Below, in pieces: positions 35,158 through 47,552 of a stretch of 47,988 nt of DNA; the stretch's first letter is position 1, and the number at the start of each line of letters is the position of its first letter. The DNA is taken from assembly GCA_032718475.1 (NCBI GenBank), contig JAUCBJ010005121.1, forward strand, positions 1 to 47,988. The letters are read 5' to 3'. A program made the translations under genes and the position numbers. The notes beneath the pieces were generated by a model. That model was not told the DNA's origin and made no database searches. It was given only the letters and a program-made list of their open reading frames with translations. The stretch comes from Nemertoderma westbladi (Eukaryota > Animalia > Xenacoelomorpha).

Positions 35158-36029
35158 CCATTTCTGAACAAAACCATAATATTTCAATCACTATAGGAAC
35201 AGGTTCCGTGTACCCAACAATCCGCTGACAACGTATAGATTTTCTATTGAATTTATAACGCAATCCATAATCTATGGTTGCCCTTAGCGACCAGATTTTT
35301 GCAAACTGTTGAACAAGTTTGCTAAAGATGGGGAAACATATCTAAATGGCTAGTTAAGTTATTCCTTTATTATACACAAACAAAGTTATTGATTCTCCTT
35401 ATAACACGACGTGCGTGTGGACTTCTCGCAGCACGGACTCAATATGAGTCTTATTGTTGCAGCACAATTTGTGGACTGTCCCCCTAGCGAGTCTGTCCGT
35501 GTGTAGAATTTCTAAACATTTGATAAACTACATGTGTTCCAAATTTGGTTCCATTTCTTCTATGATTATACTTATTTGCGTTCAAACATTTCCAACGATG
35601 ATAGAGGGTCGTCTAGTTATATCACTACGAAAAGGTGTTTCGCATTTGATAAAAAATATATTCTTTCAATCTCAATTTCATATATTTTGACTCTGTTGCA
35701 ACTATGCCGAAATCCCATGCAGGTGGACTTTAAATCGCTGGTCGGATACAAAATCGGACCCTCCCTGTGAAAATCGGACACTGTGGTGTGATGTTCTAGA
35801 ATATCGAAAAAAAATGAAGAGAGCTGCTGAACTGAAGATTTAAGAAGACGGTTAAACCGAGCCTGAATTTCACGTCAGGCAAACGAGACTTACCGCTGCG
35901 CCGGTACTTCACTTTCCGTTCACTAGTACCCAAGGTATTGTTCGTGGTAATTTCCTGCACATTTAAGTCCCGGGATCTTACCTCCAAAACCGGACCACAG
36001 TCTTTTTGAACCAAAATCGGATCCTCCCT

Positions 36030-39000
36030 CCGCGAATTCCTCCGCTTCCATGATCCTGATGGGTTTATGTGAATGGATGTAATTGATAGAAAGATCTTCT
36101 GAATGAATGTGATTCATTGAGATTTTGTCGCTTGTTCTTCTTTTGTTTAGGGTTTTTATGGATGGACCGGTACAGAACCATCCTATTCTGGTTCTAATAG
36201 CGTATGTTGTCAATGGTGGAGGGGAACTGGGGAATTTTTCCAGAATTTCCATAGCCTCAGGCGCATTCTGGCCGATTATTAATTGAACTCCTATGTCACT
36301 CGAGTTGGTATCTCGGTATATTATTGTTTTTTACAAAGCCATCGCTGTCCCAATCATACATACGGGCTTGGCTTTCCGCAAAATTCTTTATAGCTACCAT
36401 CTTGATATTATCCAGCTTGCATACATTATCGGTGTCTCCTGGATCAGACAGTGAGACCTTATAATAACGGGTTTGGATAACCAATTGCCAAATTTTCATT
36501 ACGCCTGAAAGATTTAGTTTCATAGGGTGTCTGTCATTCTAATCACATAGTTCGTCTGCAAGATCTTGGTCGATAAAAATCCCGAACTTCTGGTATCCAA
36601 CAAATCGTTTACTATAATGCTGTGGTTGTTATAATGTAGTCGAACTTGTAGAACGGGGAATTCGCGAACACCAGTCGATTTTGGGTTTGAAGTGGACTGT
36701 TATTGTTACTGTTATTATTGAAGCTGAGTTATTTGGTCATCTGATGTCTGCTCAAGAGTAGTTGGCGACTCATACGTGATTGCTTCGTATACCATTACTT
36801 TGTTGCAACTCTCCTCGTCACTGGACAATTCATCTGCATCAAATTCCTGTTCGGAACATCCCGAGGTATCGTAGGATGAATGATCAGTGAACTGAACTTT
36901 TGCTTCCATCTGTGGGACTATGTCTCTCAGATGCAATAGATAGTGATGGTTACCATTACATTTAACGTATTTATAAGTGTCTTTTAAATAGCATTTGCTT
37001 CTACTGTGTCCGGGACATAAGCACAGGAAACATACTCTCAGCGTGTTAACTGTCTCTCTTCGTTTTTCGAGTGATAATTTGATGAATTCCAGACACTGTG
37101 ATAATCTATGGGACTCTTTATTACATAGCAAACAGCCAGCGTAGGATACTGATTTGATAATCGGTTTGAGGGTTTTCACTTCAGAATGTTGGGTCTGTTG
37201 AGTTTTTACAGTTCGGATGGGGGCACGGTCACGTGAATGTCTATCAGACTGACACTTGCGTCTAGGGGATGGAGATCTAGGGTCCTTTCACTGTTGTGTC
37301 GTATGTTTGGTATTATCTGCGATGTGGTAGGAACTCTCACTTCCCTCAGATTCTTCTTCACACGTAGATAAATCTGTTTGGTAGACTCGTTCCCGACGTT
37401 AGGTTGAGGGGTTCTTATCGAGTTTCGGGTCTATGGTTGAGTAATCATGAGTAATAAAGATTCATAGTCGAGGTATTCTAAGAAATCCTTCATACTTAGT
37501 GCTGGTTTGTTGCGGAGTTATGCGTTTAGTATGTTGCAGTCCCATCGTGTGGATACACTGCCCTTGGGTAGGGCTGCAGAAATCATGCCAACAACAACCG
37601 GAGTGTCATAATATTCGTGTTTGTCCAACCAATCTAGTTGCCTACAGATTTCCTTAATCTCGTCAACAAATTCAATCATTTCCGTAGTTATTACACATTT
37701 ACGATTGACCAACTTTCAATACAGATATTAGGCTATTGAAGCTTCATCTCCGTACCTGGCATGTAACAGTTTCCATAGTTCTTTCAATCCCTGTGGGTGT
37801 CCGATATATCTTTGCTCTAATTTTTTCGGATAACCTTCCAAGCAGTCTATTAAGAAGCGCAGTTTCTCACTGTTGGGTAATGGTGAACTAAATATACTGT
37901 CTTTTACGTATTCTCTAAATGGAAGCCATTTTAACTCATTTCCATCAAATTTAATAATTTCACCCACTTTAACTGCCTGACGCGCTAATTGGCGGGTGAA
38001 ACTATCCTGGGCTATAGTACTATTAAACATAGTATTAAATGTAGAGTTATCACAGGGGCCTACATTGGTCTGGGGGGGGGGGGGTCTATAAAGATTGTTG
38101 ATATTTTGTGTGTAATTTTGTATCCCTGTGTTATACTCAGGGTTTCTAACATTGGGTGAGATAGGCGGGCGTGACATATTTTCAGCTTCAACGCCGTTTA
38201 TATTAGAGGCTCTCTTTAAGATTTGTTACTCAGGAGAGTCCGGGTTCCTGACCACTGCAGTGTTGTTCGAGGCCAGGAGAGTCCGGGTTCCTGACCACTG
38301 CAGTGTTGTTCGAGGCCAGGAGAGTCCGGGTTCCTGACCACTGCAGTGTTGTTCGAGGCCAGGAGAGTCCGGGTTCCTGACCACTGCAGTGTTGTTCGAG
38401 GCCAGGAGAGTCCGGGTTCCTGACCACTGCAGTGTTGTTCGAGGCCAGGAGAGTCCGGGTTCCTGACCACTGCAGTGTTGTTCGAGGCCAGGAGAGTCCG
38501 GGTTCCTGACCACTGCAGTGTTGTTCGAGGCCAGGAGAGTCCGGGTTCCTGACCACTGCAGTGTTGTTCGAGGCCAGGAGGTCCTGAGAATTAGCCAGCT
38601 TTTGGTGTAGCTCCTCCAGAACCTTGGTGGCCTGCACAGACTCACCCTGCAGCTCCTGCAAACGTCTATGGTGGATCTGCTCGCTGTTAGCGGCTTCGTC
38701 ATGCAACTGCTTTAAGTGCTGCTGTAGTTGTTGCCACTGCAGTTGCTGCTTTTCCAGTGCTAGCTGATTTTGTTCACTCACTATCTCTCATTGTTTATTT
38801 AATCGATTTAATTCAAAATCGATATTATTTAATTGTTTCATTTTATTATTTACTGCCTCCTGCATAGCTTGCAGATTTAATGAGGATTCGTTTAATCTTT
38901 CCCTATAAAGGGAGTCCTCATTCGCCCGGGCGACTCTCTCTTTCGCCCCAATGGGTCCGGCATCCCTTATCGACTCAACCGAGCCTCGATGATGGTCGAT

Positions 39001-40930
39001 GATGGGGGACAGACTAGGACCCAGAGTGTGAGTGTTCAATGGGTGGGCGAAAGCAGTGCTGGACATTCTGTCTGCCAGCAGTGGGTTTGGTCGCGCCTGT
39101 TTAGGTCGAACTGTAGGCGTAACTATTCTATCCCTATATACTGTAGAAGTTTTGGGCTGTAAACTGTCTGTCTGATTTACTTCCTACGGTAGTTATCGAA
39201 ATACCAATAGGTGTAAATTTGGTTTGGGTCACCATAGCCATAGATGTTACATTAGGCTTCAAGGGATATGGGGATTGATATTTGGTGCTGCAAGAGGGGT
39301 GTTCACCACTGTTCATTGGTCTGAAAAAATCAGAGTCAGAGTCAGTTCTGAGATCTTTGATATTTTTAACGGAATTAGCGGGGTGTTGGATTGGCGGTGA
39401 CGTTCAGCCTGTTCTAAGTGCCTTCCACTTCTAGAAGTTCAGGATCTGTCCGATGATTTATCGAACTCATCGGATGAGGTATAACAAGCAAATTCTGGTG
39501 GTGTTCCTTTAGTTGGGAGTCTGGCTGTTGTTTTTCTATCGATTCAATCTTCTTAAGTATTTCATCTTGTTGCTTCTTTGCTTGCTTTCTCTTTTGTTGA
39601 GTTTGAAATTCAAATTCCCTCGCTTCCCTTCTGCGTTTATATTCCTTTTTCTCCTGCTTCGCTTTACGTTCACGTTCCTCTTGTTTACGTTCATGCTCAC
39701 ATTTCTCCTGTTTACATTCCTTACTCCTCCTCTTCCAACTTGAGTTCACGTTCATGTTCTTCTTGCCGGCGTTCGTCCTCTGCCTGATCCTGTAGTTGTT
39801 TCAATGTATTTTTATTTTCCTCCAGGTTCTGATTCATCGTCAACCTTTGTTGATATTCTATTTCTCCTTCCTCATTGATATCCTTTAGGATCCATTTAGT
39901 GGTGGGGCTGGAGGGGGGATGACCACGAAGTCTTTTTATCAATTCTTCCTCTCCCACTGCTCGGATATAAGTCTTGAGGTGTTTGCGGATCGCGTTTTCT
40001 TGTCCCGTTTGAGACTCGGGTTCAGTCTGAGAATATCCTTCAACATCTCGTATATCGATCAGGGATGGGTGGTCAGAATCCAGAGTTTCAGGTTGAGGGG
40101 GTTCGCCTTGGAAGGAGAACCAGGTGTGCGCCGACTGAGCGAATTTTATTATATTGTCATTGGCTGCAGTTTCTATCACTGTGGCTCCTCCAGTCCTGAT
40201 GGCAGACTGATAGAAGGCGGAGAGGATTATCCTAATACGGATTATTCTCTCTTTTATGTCATAAAAGAGCGATGGGGGATGGTCTATGTTTGGGTTCCGT
40301 AAGGCAGTTTCAAAACTGTCGATTTGCTTAGCAAAGCCAGTCTGAAATCCCCTTAGGGTCCTTCCCACCTTACTAAGATCGGTGGGATCGGCCGGTACTC
40401 TCAATGCTGTCAGTTCGTCAGCGGTAGCAGAATGTAATGGAAAAAATAGTTATAATATCGTAATACAGCCCGCTGCATCTCTGTGACAGACATAGACAGT
40501 ATTTCAGGGCATAATGGGGTTGCCCGCTTGATTCGAACTGGAATATTCCGGCTCGGGCAATTCTCTGGTCGGAGATCTGTCCGGATCGGAATGTAGTGGT
40601 ATTGCAGTTACGTCAAGGTTGGAGGTGTGGTCGCTGAGAGAACTATCTGAGGTGCTCTTGTTGATATTTGAACGAAGACATTTTGTTAGATTTTATTTAG
40701 GAGAGAATGTATATTTATTAACCCTTTAAATAATTATTATGCCTTCTTTTATTATCGACGAATTGAATATAATATATTATAAATAATTATTACAATCGCA
40801 CCCAAATAAATAACACGGAATTAAATTGATTAATTTAGTCCACAAGTTAATTACCGGTAAATAATATATATACAACCGGTAATTTATTTGTCAGGAATAA
40901 TGCTGTGATAAATATTCTGATTCACCACTT
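36030..40930 (-). mobile_element. Decayed BEL/Pao element (Pao-3): gag and protease region only
   Basis: KFDGNELKWLPFREYVKDSI (37728-38177), triple zinc knuckle CLLC..H..C / CFLC..GH..C / C...HHYLLH (36715-37179), degenerate protease LLDTRS near 36600, AIRTRIGW near 36190. Confidence 0.85.
38231..38580. repeat. Perfect 43-bp minisatellite, 8 copies plus 6 bp
   Basis: Unit caggagagtccgggttcctgaccactgcagtgttgttcgaggc starting at 38231, 38274 ... 38532. Confidence 0.97.
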
Positions 40931-41244
40931 GGTGGGGGAAACTATTAAGTTTAACTCACTACAAGTAATGCTGAGAGGAATGAATTACCTCCTACTGGAT
41001 TAGGGATAAGATAGCCCAATGACAAAGAAGGGGGTCCTGATAAAACACGCCCTGAGGCGCCCTAGGGCGCCCGGGAGCGCCTGGAGGCGCCTGGGGACGC
41101 CCTGTGGCGCCTGGAAGACGCCCAGGAACGCCCGGAGGCGCCCTGATGATGCCCGGTGGCGCCCTGAAATAAATACACAAATCCTTCAATTTGATACTGG
41201 CAGTGGCAGACCCTATACAAGTAGGCCTATAGAGTGTATTCAGG

Positions 41245-42344
41245 GGGTAAATCTTTTCGACCTACGCGTAGGCCTACGCGTAGCTACGCGTAGATACGCG
41301 TAGCTACGCGTAGTTTGTAACTTCCATTCCTGTCATTTACCGGTAGGGCCAGACTTACTGCCTTTTTGACAACTACGCGTAGTTATTTTGGAACTACGCG
41401 TAGGTATTTTGAAACTACGCGTAGGTGCTACGCGTAGCTACGCGTAGGTGCTACGCGTAGCAGTCCTGATAACAATGATTTTTCATTTCAGGTCCGGTAG
41501 GGTTGAGTTGTTAGGCAAGTATCGGTATATGTCAGGTATCTGATTATCAGACAAATGTAATAACAGAATCGGAAACTCATATCTCTACATACAGCACTGG
41601 TAATAAATTCACGTCTCATGATTCAAGTATCTTTGTTTCCATTGGATTATTTAAATATTGAACAGTAGTAAATAAAGCGACCAGTCTACCGGTGAAGAGG
41701 TTAAGCGAAAGCTGATAAATACTGCATATAATCAAATTGTTTGGTCAAAAAACAAGTGCAACCAATCATGGTAGACAATTTAGTCTCCCCCTTCCCTTGT
41801 CAAGGGGTTAACATATTAAATACAGTATATCCTTGCCCTATCGTGAACAAAGGCAATAAAAAGCATAGAGAATCGATAAGAACCATCGGCCTATTTCCTT
41901 TGTAAACTATTTTTGAACTCTAAACATTAATTATTAACACATTTTACCGCCCGCAACGCATGAAGTGAAGAATATGTAGTCTTCGCGTATTCCTCTATAT
42001 AGAGTATACAGGTATAGGATACATTACTGTTGAAAGCATTTGATGGTTGTGGGTTGTTTATTGAACATACCGTATTGTGTCTTATTTTAGTACTGACTCG
42101 CTTGGAATACGTAAGCCTACTAATGATAAACGACGTATAGGCATAGTTATGGGTAGCACCTATGCGTAGGTCGCGTAGTACCTACGCGTAGCTACGCGTA
42201 GCACCTACGCGTAGCTACGCGTAGCACCTACGCGTAGTTAGTGTTAAAACTCTGAAACTGGTGATATATGACCCAATGTTGCGAACTACGCGTAGCTACG
42301 CGTAGCTACGCGTAGGCCTACGCGTAGGTCGAAAAGATTTACCC
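41245..42344. mobile_element. 1100-bp non-autonomous TIR element with CTACGCGTAG arrays
   Basis: TIR gggtaaatcttttcgacctacgcgtagg and its exact inverse; 8-bp TSD tattcagg (41237-41244, 42345-42352). Confidence 0.92.
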
Positions 42345-42510
42345 TATTCAGGCAACTGCAGAACTACTGTACTGCACTGCTGTACTGTACCGGTACCGGG
42401 TATTGTAGAGCTGTATATACAGATATAGGTATAGGCAGATAGGCTCATCATAAATCGGACTTTCTGTCTTTTTATCTCGCCAGTCCTCACAATATTACAG
42501 TAGACTGTTA

Positions 42511-43605
42511 GTGATAATGGAAAATTTTAGATCATCCACTCCATTGAAAGACGTGGTTGAGCCATCTAACGATAGCTCATTTGTTGTTGCACTTTCGTCA
42601 GTGGAGGAATTTGAGGTGATACAACATGTCCAAAAGTTACCGCAGCCCGGCATGTTTTTAGCTACGGAACGTTTAATTAAGTTGTTGACTGAGCGACAAC
42701 CACGTCTGAAAAATATTCCAGCAATGACAAAGGACAATGTATTTATGTTACTTGACAACACTGTTAACCGTGAGCGACATGAAATGGGTTTAAAAAAACA
42801 AATTCTACGACAATTGCGGTTCGTGGAATAAGCCTTCACTAAAGCATTATTTTATGAAGAAAGGTGAAATATTCGTCTATACCGATGTTAAGGGTGGTCA
42901 GTTCTATGAAGGGCCAGTTAAAGATGGTGTGCTAATGAATCCGCAGCCAGAGAAGGGAGATCTACTTGTGTTATCCCGAATGTATTATAAACTCAAGATA
43001 TTGAAGAAATACGAAAAGCGTGTTTCATGGATTGACAGTTTTCCTTCCAATACTGAACCAGTGTTTCGAAATGTTGCCGTAATCGAGTATAACTGTATAA
43101 GGGAATATTTCCTACCTCTACCGGTACCTCAACCGAGCACGAGCAGGTAGGCCTACCCTGTCAGTCTCAATATGTGCGCACCTCACCGGCAGTTATTGAA
43201 CATGTGAAGGAAAGTCTTGAACGAAATGTTCCACCGAGAGAAATTTATCAGGATATGTTATTGAATGATTCGACTGAAGCACCCCGTAATATCAGACAAA
43301 TTTACAATGTAAAACAGACTGGGAAGGCAAAAACAGGGAATGCAACAAACAATCTTGCAGATGATATTCTCGAGGTTATATCATCTATAAATGAACACGA
43401 GTTTATTCAGACTGTTATTCACGAGAAAAACTCGCCTCCATTAATTATTCTATACAGTGATGTTCAGATGAAAGACATGAAATGTTTCCTTTCAACCGAT
43501 ACGGATTATCATTCAATTGTTGGAGTTGATAAAACTTTTAATTTGGGTCCCTGTTATGTTACTTCCTTAGTTTACAAGAACAATTATCTGATCCGAAAAG
43601 AGAGC
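42511..43605 (+). pseudogene. MULE-type transposase, frameshifted and truncated
   Basis: PPLIILYSDVQMKDM..IVGVDKTFNLGPCYVTSLVYKN (D-x-T-F first catalytic Asp context), split over three ORFs. Confidence 0.7.
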
Positions 43606-44281
43606 GGGGGATTCACCAGTCTTTTTGCGACCCCGGGATGCGTCCCCGGGATTGTTGAAAATACGCCAACTAGGACTCTTAGTATATTTTGCCGAGTATG
43701 GGGTATAACGAACTGTTGATGGGCTAAGACCGCATAAAGTGGTTCTGATCGACTGAAAAATTCGAACTAGTAAGTCTGTACGTAAGGTAAGTCAATAAAT
43801 AGCAGTTCGATACTTGGTTGAAGAAACGAAAGTACCCCACGATTCATCCAGAGACTATGTTGTGGATATTTTTCATGGACCAGTCGTACTTCTGCGCTTT
43901 AATTCCGTAAAACCAAGTATGAAAGTTAATTCGTCGGGAATAAAGTATTATTTCCTCCCACAAGGAAATAAATAATTTTATATGTTCCAATAATGGAAAT
44001 AGGAATAAGATAGGGGATAAAATGAGGCCTACAAGTGTAAATATACTATGAAGCCAAGCAATCAGATACCGGTAATTCACAGTAGGCAGACTTGCAGTAA
44101 AATGTTTTACGGTAAATATGAGATTCCGTCTATTATCTGAACCGACCAATCTAGAATTATTGCCGCGGGAATTTACCTATTGTACCCGACTTACGGTAGA
44201 AAATGAACGTCTACGCCTTACAAGGTCCAACAACACACAGGGTGCTATAAGTTAATGTTCAAAACTCAAAAGTACGTGAAA

Positions 44282-44410
44282 GCTGCCGCCCCCAAACCCC
44301 CGCTTCTTTTGTTGGGGGCTGCCGCCCCCAAACCCCTGCTTCTTTTCTTGGGAGATGCCGCCCCCAAACCCCCGCTTCTTTTCTTGGGGCTGCCGCCCCC
44401 AAACCCCGGC
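44282..44410. repeat. 36-bp GC-rich tandem repeat, about 3.5 copies
   Basis: gctgccgcccccaaacccccgcttctttt(g/c)ttgggg. Confidence 0.9.
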
Positions 44411-44615
44411 ATTTCCCTGAGTGCCCGTGGTGAAAGACTTTGAGACCATTTTGAAATAATCAATTCATGTTTGTATCATCAGATAATAAATTGACTAAGC
44501 CTAGAAGCTGTATTGAATGTTAACCAAATTAATATATAAATTACTACAATATTATATAATTCAACAACATCCTATTAAAAATATTGCAAGTAACCAGGAA
44601 ATTTAATATGTAGTG

Positions 44616-45960
44616 TGTGGGGCGAGCCACGAAGTGAGTGAGCCTTAGCGTAGTGGTACCATTAATCAACCTGTCGTTCTGTCGCGTTCAATTTTAAACG
44701 TTAATAACTCGGCCAATCTTTGATGAAATCTATCCAAACTTGGTACACATGTTGTTTGGCAAAAGTTTAGAAATTTTCCAAGTAGAATTTCCGTGTGGCC
44801 TTCGAGAAGCTAAGATAATAGCAGTTAATTAGTTAATTAAGTTGATTACGGTAAAAACACCATTTTCAACCTGCCTTTTAAAGGAAATTAATTGTTTTAC
44901 AGTATAAGATTTAAATAATTATAATTAAAAATTATACAGATGTAATCCACATACGCCATTCTATTATAGTTTTTAATTAGTTCAAGTGATTTGCTTTAAT
45001 AATTGTGTCTTTAATTGATCTAAAGTAATTAAAACGGCAAAAAAAATTGATTCTCATTAAATACTGATCATTTATTGGTTAACATCCAAGTTGGCTCGGT
45101 GCTGGTATATAGGATAGGAAGGATGTTTGGTGTGTGTAGAACAGCCAGTGCTCTTCAATGGGAATGCGAATGTAAGTAACCACATGTGTACAGGCCGGTA
45201 GACAGATTGGCCATAGCTAGCTAACGAGATGGAAATCTGAATTCCCTACTATTCAGTCTATTATTGTGTTATTGTGTGTTAGACAGATCTCATTTAATAA
45301 ATGTCAGTCAATAACATTTTACCACTGCAGAAGGCTTATTTATATCCATACTTGTTTTTTCCTCATAAATATTGGGCTTATTATTTTTTGATGGGATTTC
45401 TTTGTAGTTGAATTGTCTAAGTTTTTACACTGAGGCATTAACAGAGGGTACTGGTATTAAATTAATTATTTGAATATCATTACTGCATCGACTGCATTTA
45501 GTACTGCGTTCTGCATTGATTATATTCCTATAAACCATTCCTGGTTTCGCATATTGCACGTATCCATAGTTATAAAGATTGCCAGTCTGCGTTTAGGAAA
45601 TATATTTAAATACAAAACAGGACGAGCGCAACGACGCTTATAATAATTAAGACGAGTACGGCGTTGATTATATTCCTATACACCACCTGGCTTTGCATAT
45701 TGAACGTGCGATTGGAAATAAGTTCGTTCTACCCTTCCGTGGGTGGTAGATGTCGCGGTTATGTATTGGTGGTTGGGAAGGGTGGGGGGGGGGGGGGGGG
45801 GTGGAGAGATTAAAAGGGGTGAACACGTACTGTCCCCCTTTCTTGGATTGATTGGTGGTGTGGGTAAATTTCTCAAAACCTGATTTTGTGATACAGTCGC
45901 TCAATTTTAATTTGTATCTCATAACTGGGCCTCGTGCTGCGCGAAGGCCCCACGAACGTG
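44616..45960 (+). mobile_element. DINE-1/HINE-like element with the same termini as 1827-2448
   Basis: tgtggggcgagccacgaag ... ctcgtgctgcgcgaaggccccacgaacgtg, with internal ccaaacttggtacacatg. Confidence 0.65.
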
Positions 45961-46423
45961 TATAATATCTATATATATAGTATGTATAGTAATATGTATA
46001 TCAATATGTAATGCTGAACATAGAATACAGGTCGATGCATGTCGATTTTACCCTGGATAGGTATAATTTTGATTGCAACAATAATATTCATCCCCATCTG
46101 CTACATTTTGAAGAAGACTATTACGTAATAATACCTTTAATTAAAACAATTAATTATTATAATTCTATAGTTAATAAAAACAGTATATCATTCGGGGGAT
46201 GGAATTTATAGGTCATCTAATTAATTGTTTAAAGATTAGCAAACAATACTATGTAATTGCATTGATAAAACCCATAAATAAAACTTGGATATAAAATGTA
46301 AAATCGGGATGCAAAAGATCACTTTCTGAGCTACGAAAGGGAAATTGGATACTACTTGTCTGGATACAAGCGGTCCGTTTACCTTACAAAATGAAAAATA
46401 CGAATGTGCGAAGTTAAGAACAG

Positions 46424-46524
46424 GGAAATGTCCGGGGGAGAAGTGTCCTACTTGAGCGGGGGGGGGGGGGGACTGTCCGGGGGAGAAGTGTCCGGGGGGG
46501 GGGGGGGGGGAGTGTCCGAACACC
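46424..46524. repeat. G-rich TGTCCGGGGG repeats, probable single end of a TIR element
   Basis: Repeated tgtccggggg/agaagtgtcc and poly-G runs ending gtccgaacacc. Confidence 0.5.
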
Positions 46525-47424
46525 AACATAAAGGCGTGTAATAAACCCTGGTCATCAGTAATCTGACCAGTATCCAAAGGCCTTGCATTGGAGGTAAACT
46601 CCGTAGCAATATGCAAATGTGCTGAGTGGATAAAATAATCAACCAGCAGAGATTATATATCAGGTTTACTCAAGGCATATAATACGGGCCAATAAGACGT
46701 CACGAATCTCAGTAAGGCATCCTATCAATTCGTATATGGGTATAATGGCACTATGGCGTAAAAACCCTTACCTAGCGAATAATTCAATAGGAATAATTAA
46801 TATTACACCGTAACTGGTTTTTTATCAATATAAAATGTTGTTTTGGACCAAAATTAGTAAAATAAGTAATTAAAAGGCACAATTCATGAATGCAGCAACA
46901 AAAAGGCTAGACAACATGGCTCGCCCCACATATGTACATAGGCCATCGGTCATTTTGGTGTCCGAGTGGATTGCGCTACGCATCCATATGTATTGTTTAT
47001 TTTCAGCTAACCATATCTAAGGGCCGCTCATTAAAAGTATTAAAATCGGGACGGACTTACCTATGCCGTAACACATCGAAAACAACGCGAAACTTATCAA
47101 TAGCTTCATGACTTCACCGACTATAACTCTTTATTTTACTGCGTAATTTTAGCTTCAAGTTATTTTGCAAAAAAAATTTGCAAATTTAACTAACAGTTTC
47201 CATTTATATTATTTTCTGTCGACAATTTATAGAAATATTCTTATTCAAACATTGATTTAATGTAAATCCATTAAAAATTAACGCCATAAGAAAAACTATC
47301 CGTCGTAGACTTTTATTGGCGATCATAAATACAAAAACATTATAATATATTTACCGTCCAATTAATATATTAGTGGCCTGATGTTTAATGTAATTGAATT
47401 CCCACAATATGAACAGCTGTAAAG

Positions 47425-47457
47425 TACTACTACTACTAGGTCGAGCGAACTCGGACA
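47425..47457 (-). mobile_element. Ultra-truncated RTE-A 3' stub
   Basis: Reverse complement of tgtccgagttcgctcgacc(tag)n, identical to 33050-33082. Confidence 0.9.
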
Positions 47458-47552
47458 AAAATAAAATATGAAAAAAGTATCAGCTTTCAAAAATTTCGCC
47501 TAGCTGTAGAAACAAAGAGACAGACAAACTGAGGATTTATATATGTATAATA

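Larger units (their letters stand above)
34864..35183. repeat. 320-bp palindrome: 128-bp arms (2 mismatches) with a 64-bp spacer
   Basis: 34864-34991 is the reverse complement of 35056-35183. Confidence 0.97.
41030..43605 (+). mobile_element. Left part of a Mutator/MULE-like DNA transposon
   Basis: GGGGTCCTGATAAAAC end followed by ~10-bp GGCGCCC subterminal repeats (41046-41166), with a transposase-like frame downstream. No right end was found. Confidence 0.55.

Noticed and set aside
34808-35195. 11-bp direct repeat caatcactata around the palindrome as a TSD
   Set aside because: The left copy is 45 bp from the arm and overlaps the candidate exon boundary, so it is not a flush TSD.
38231-38580. 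CRISPR-like regular repeat
   Set aside because: Units abut with no spacers, there are no cas genes, and the context is eukaryotic.
40992-41303. Pro/Gly/Arg-rich ORFs (also 44252-44463, 45668-45922, 46236-46642)
   Set aside because: Translations of GC-rich repeats and poly-G runs.
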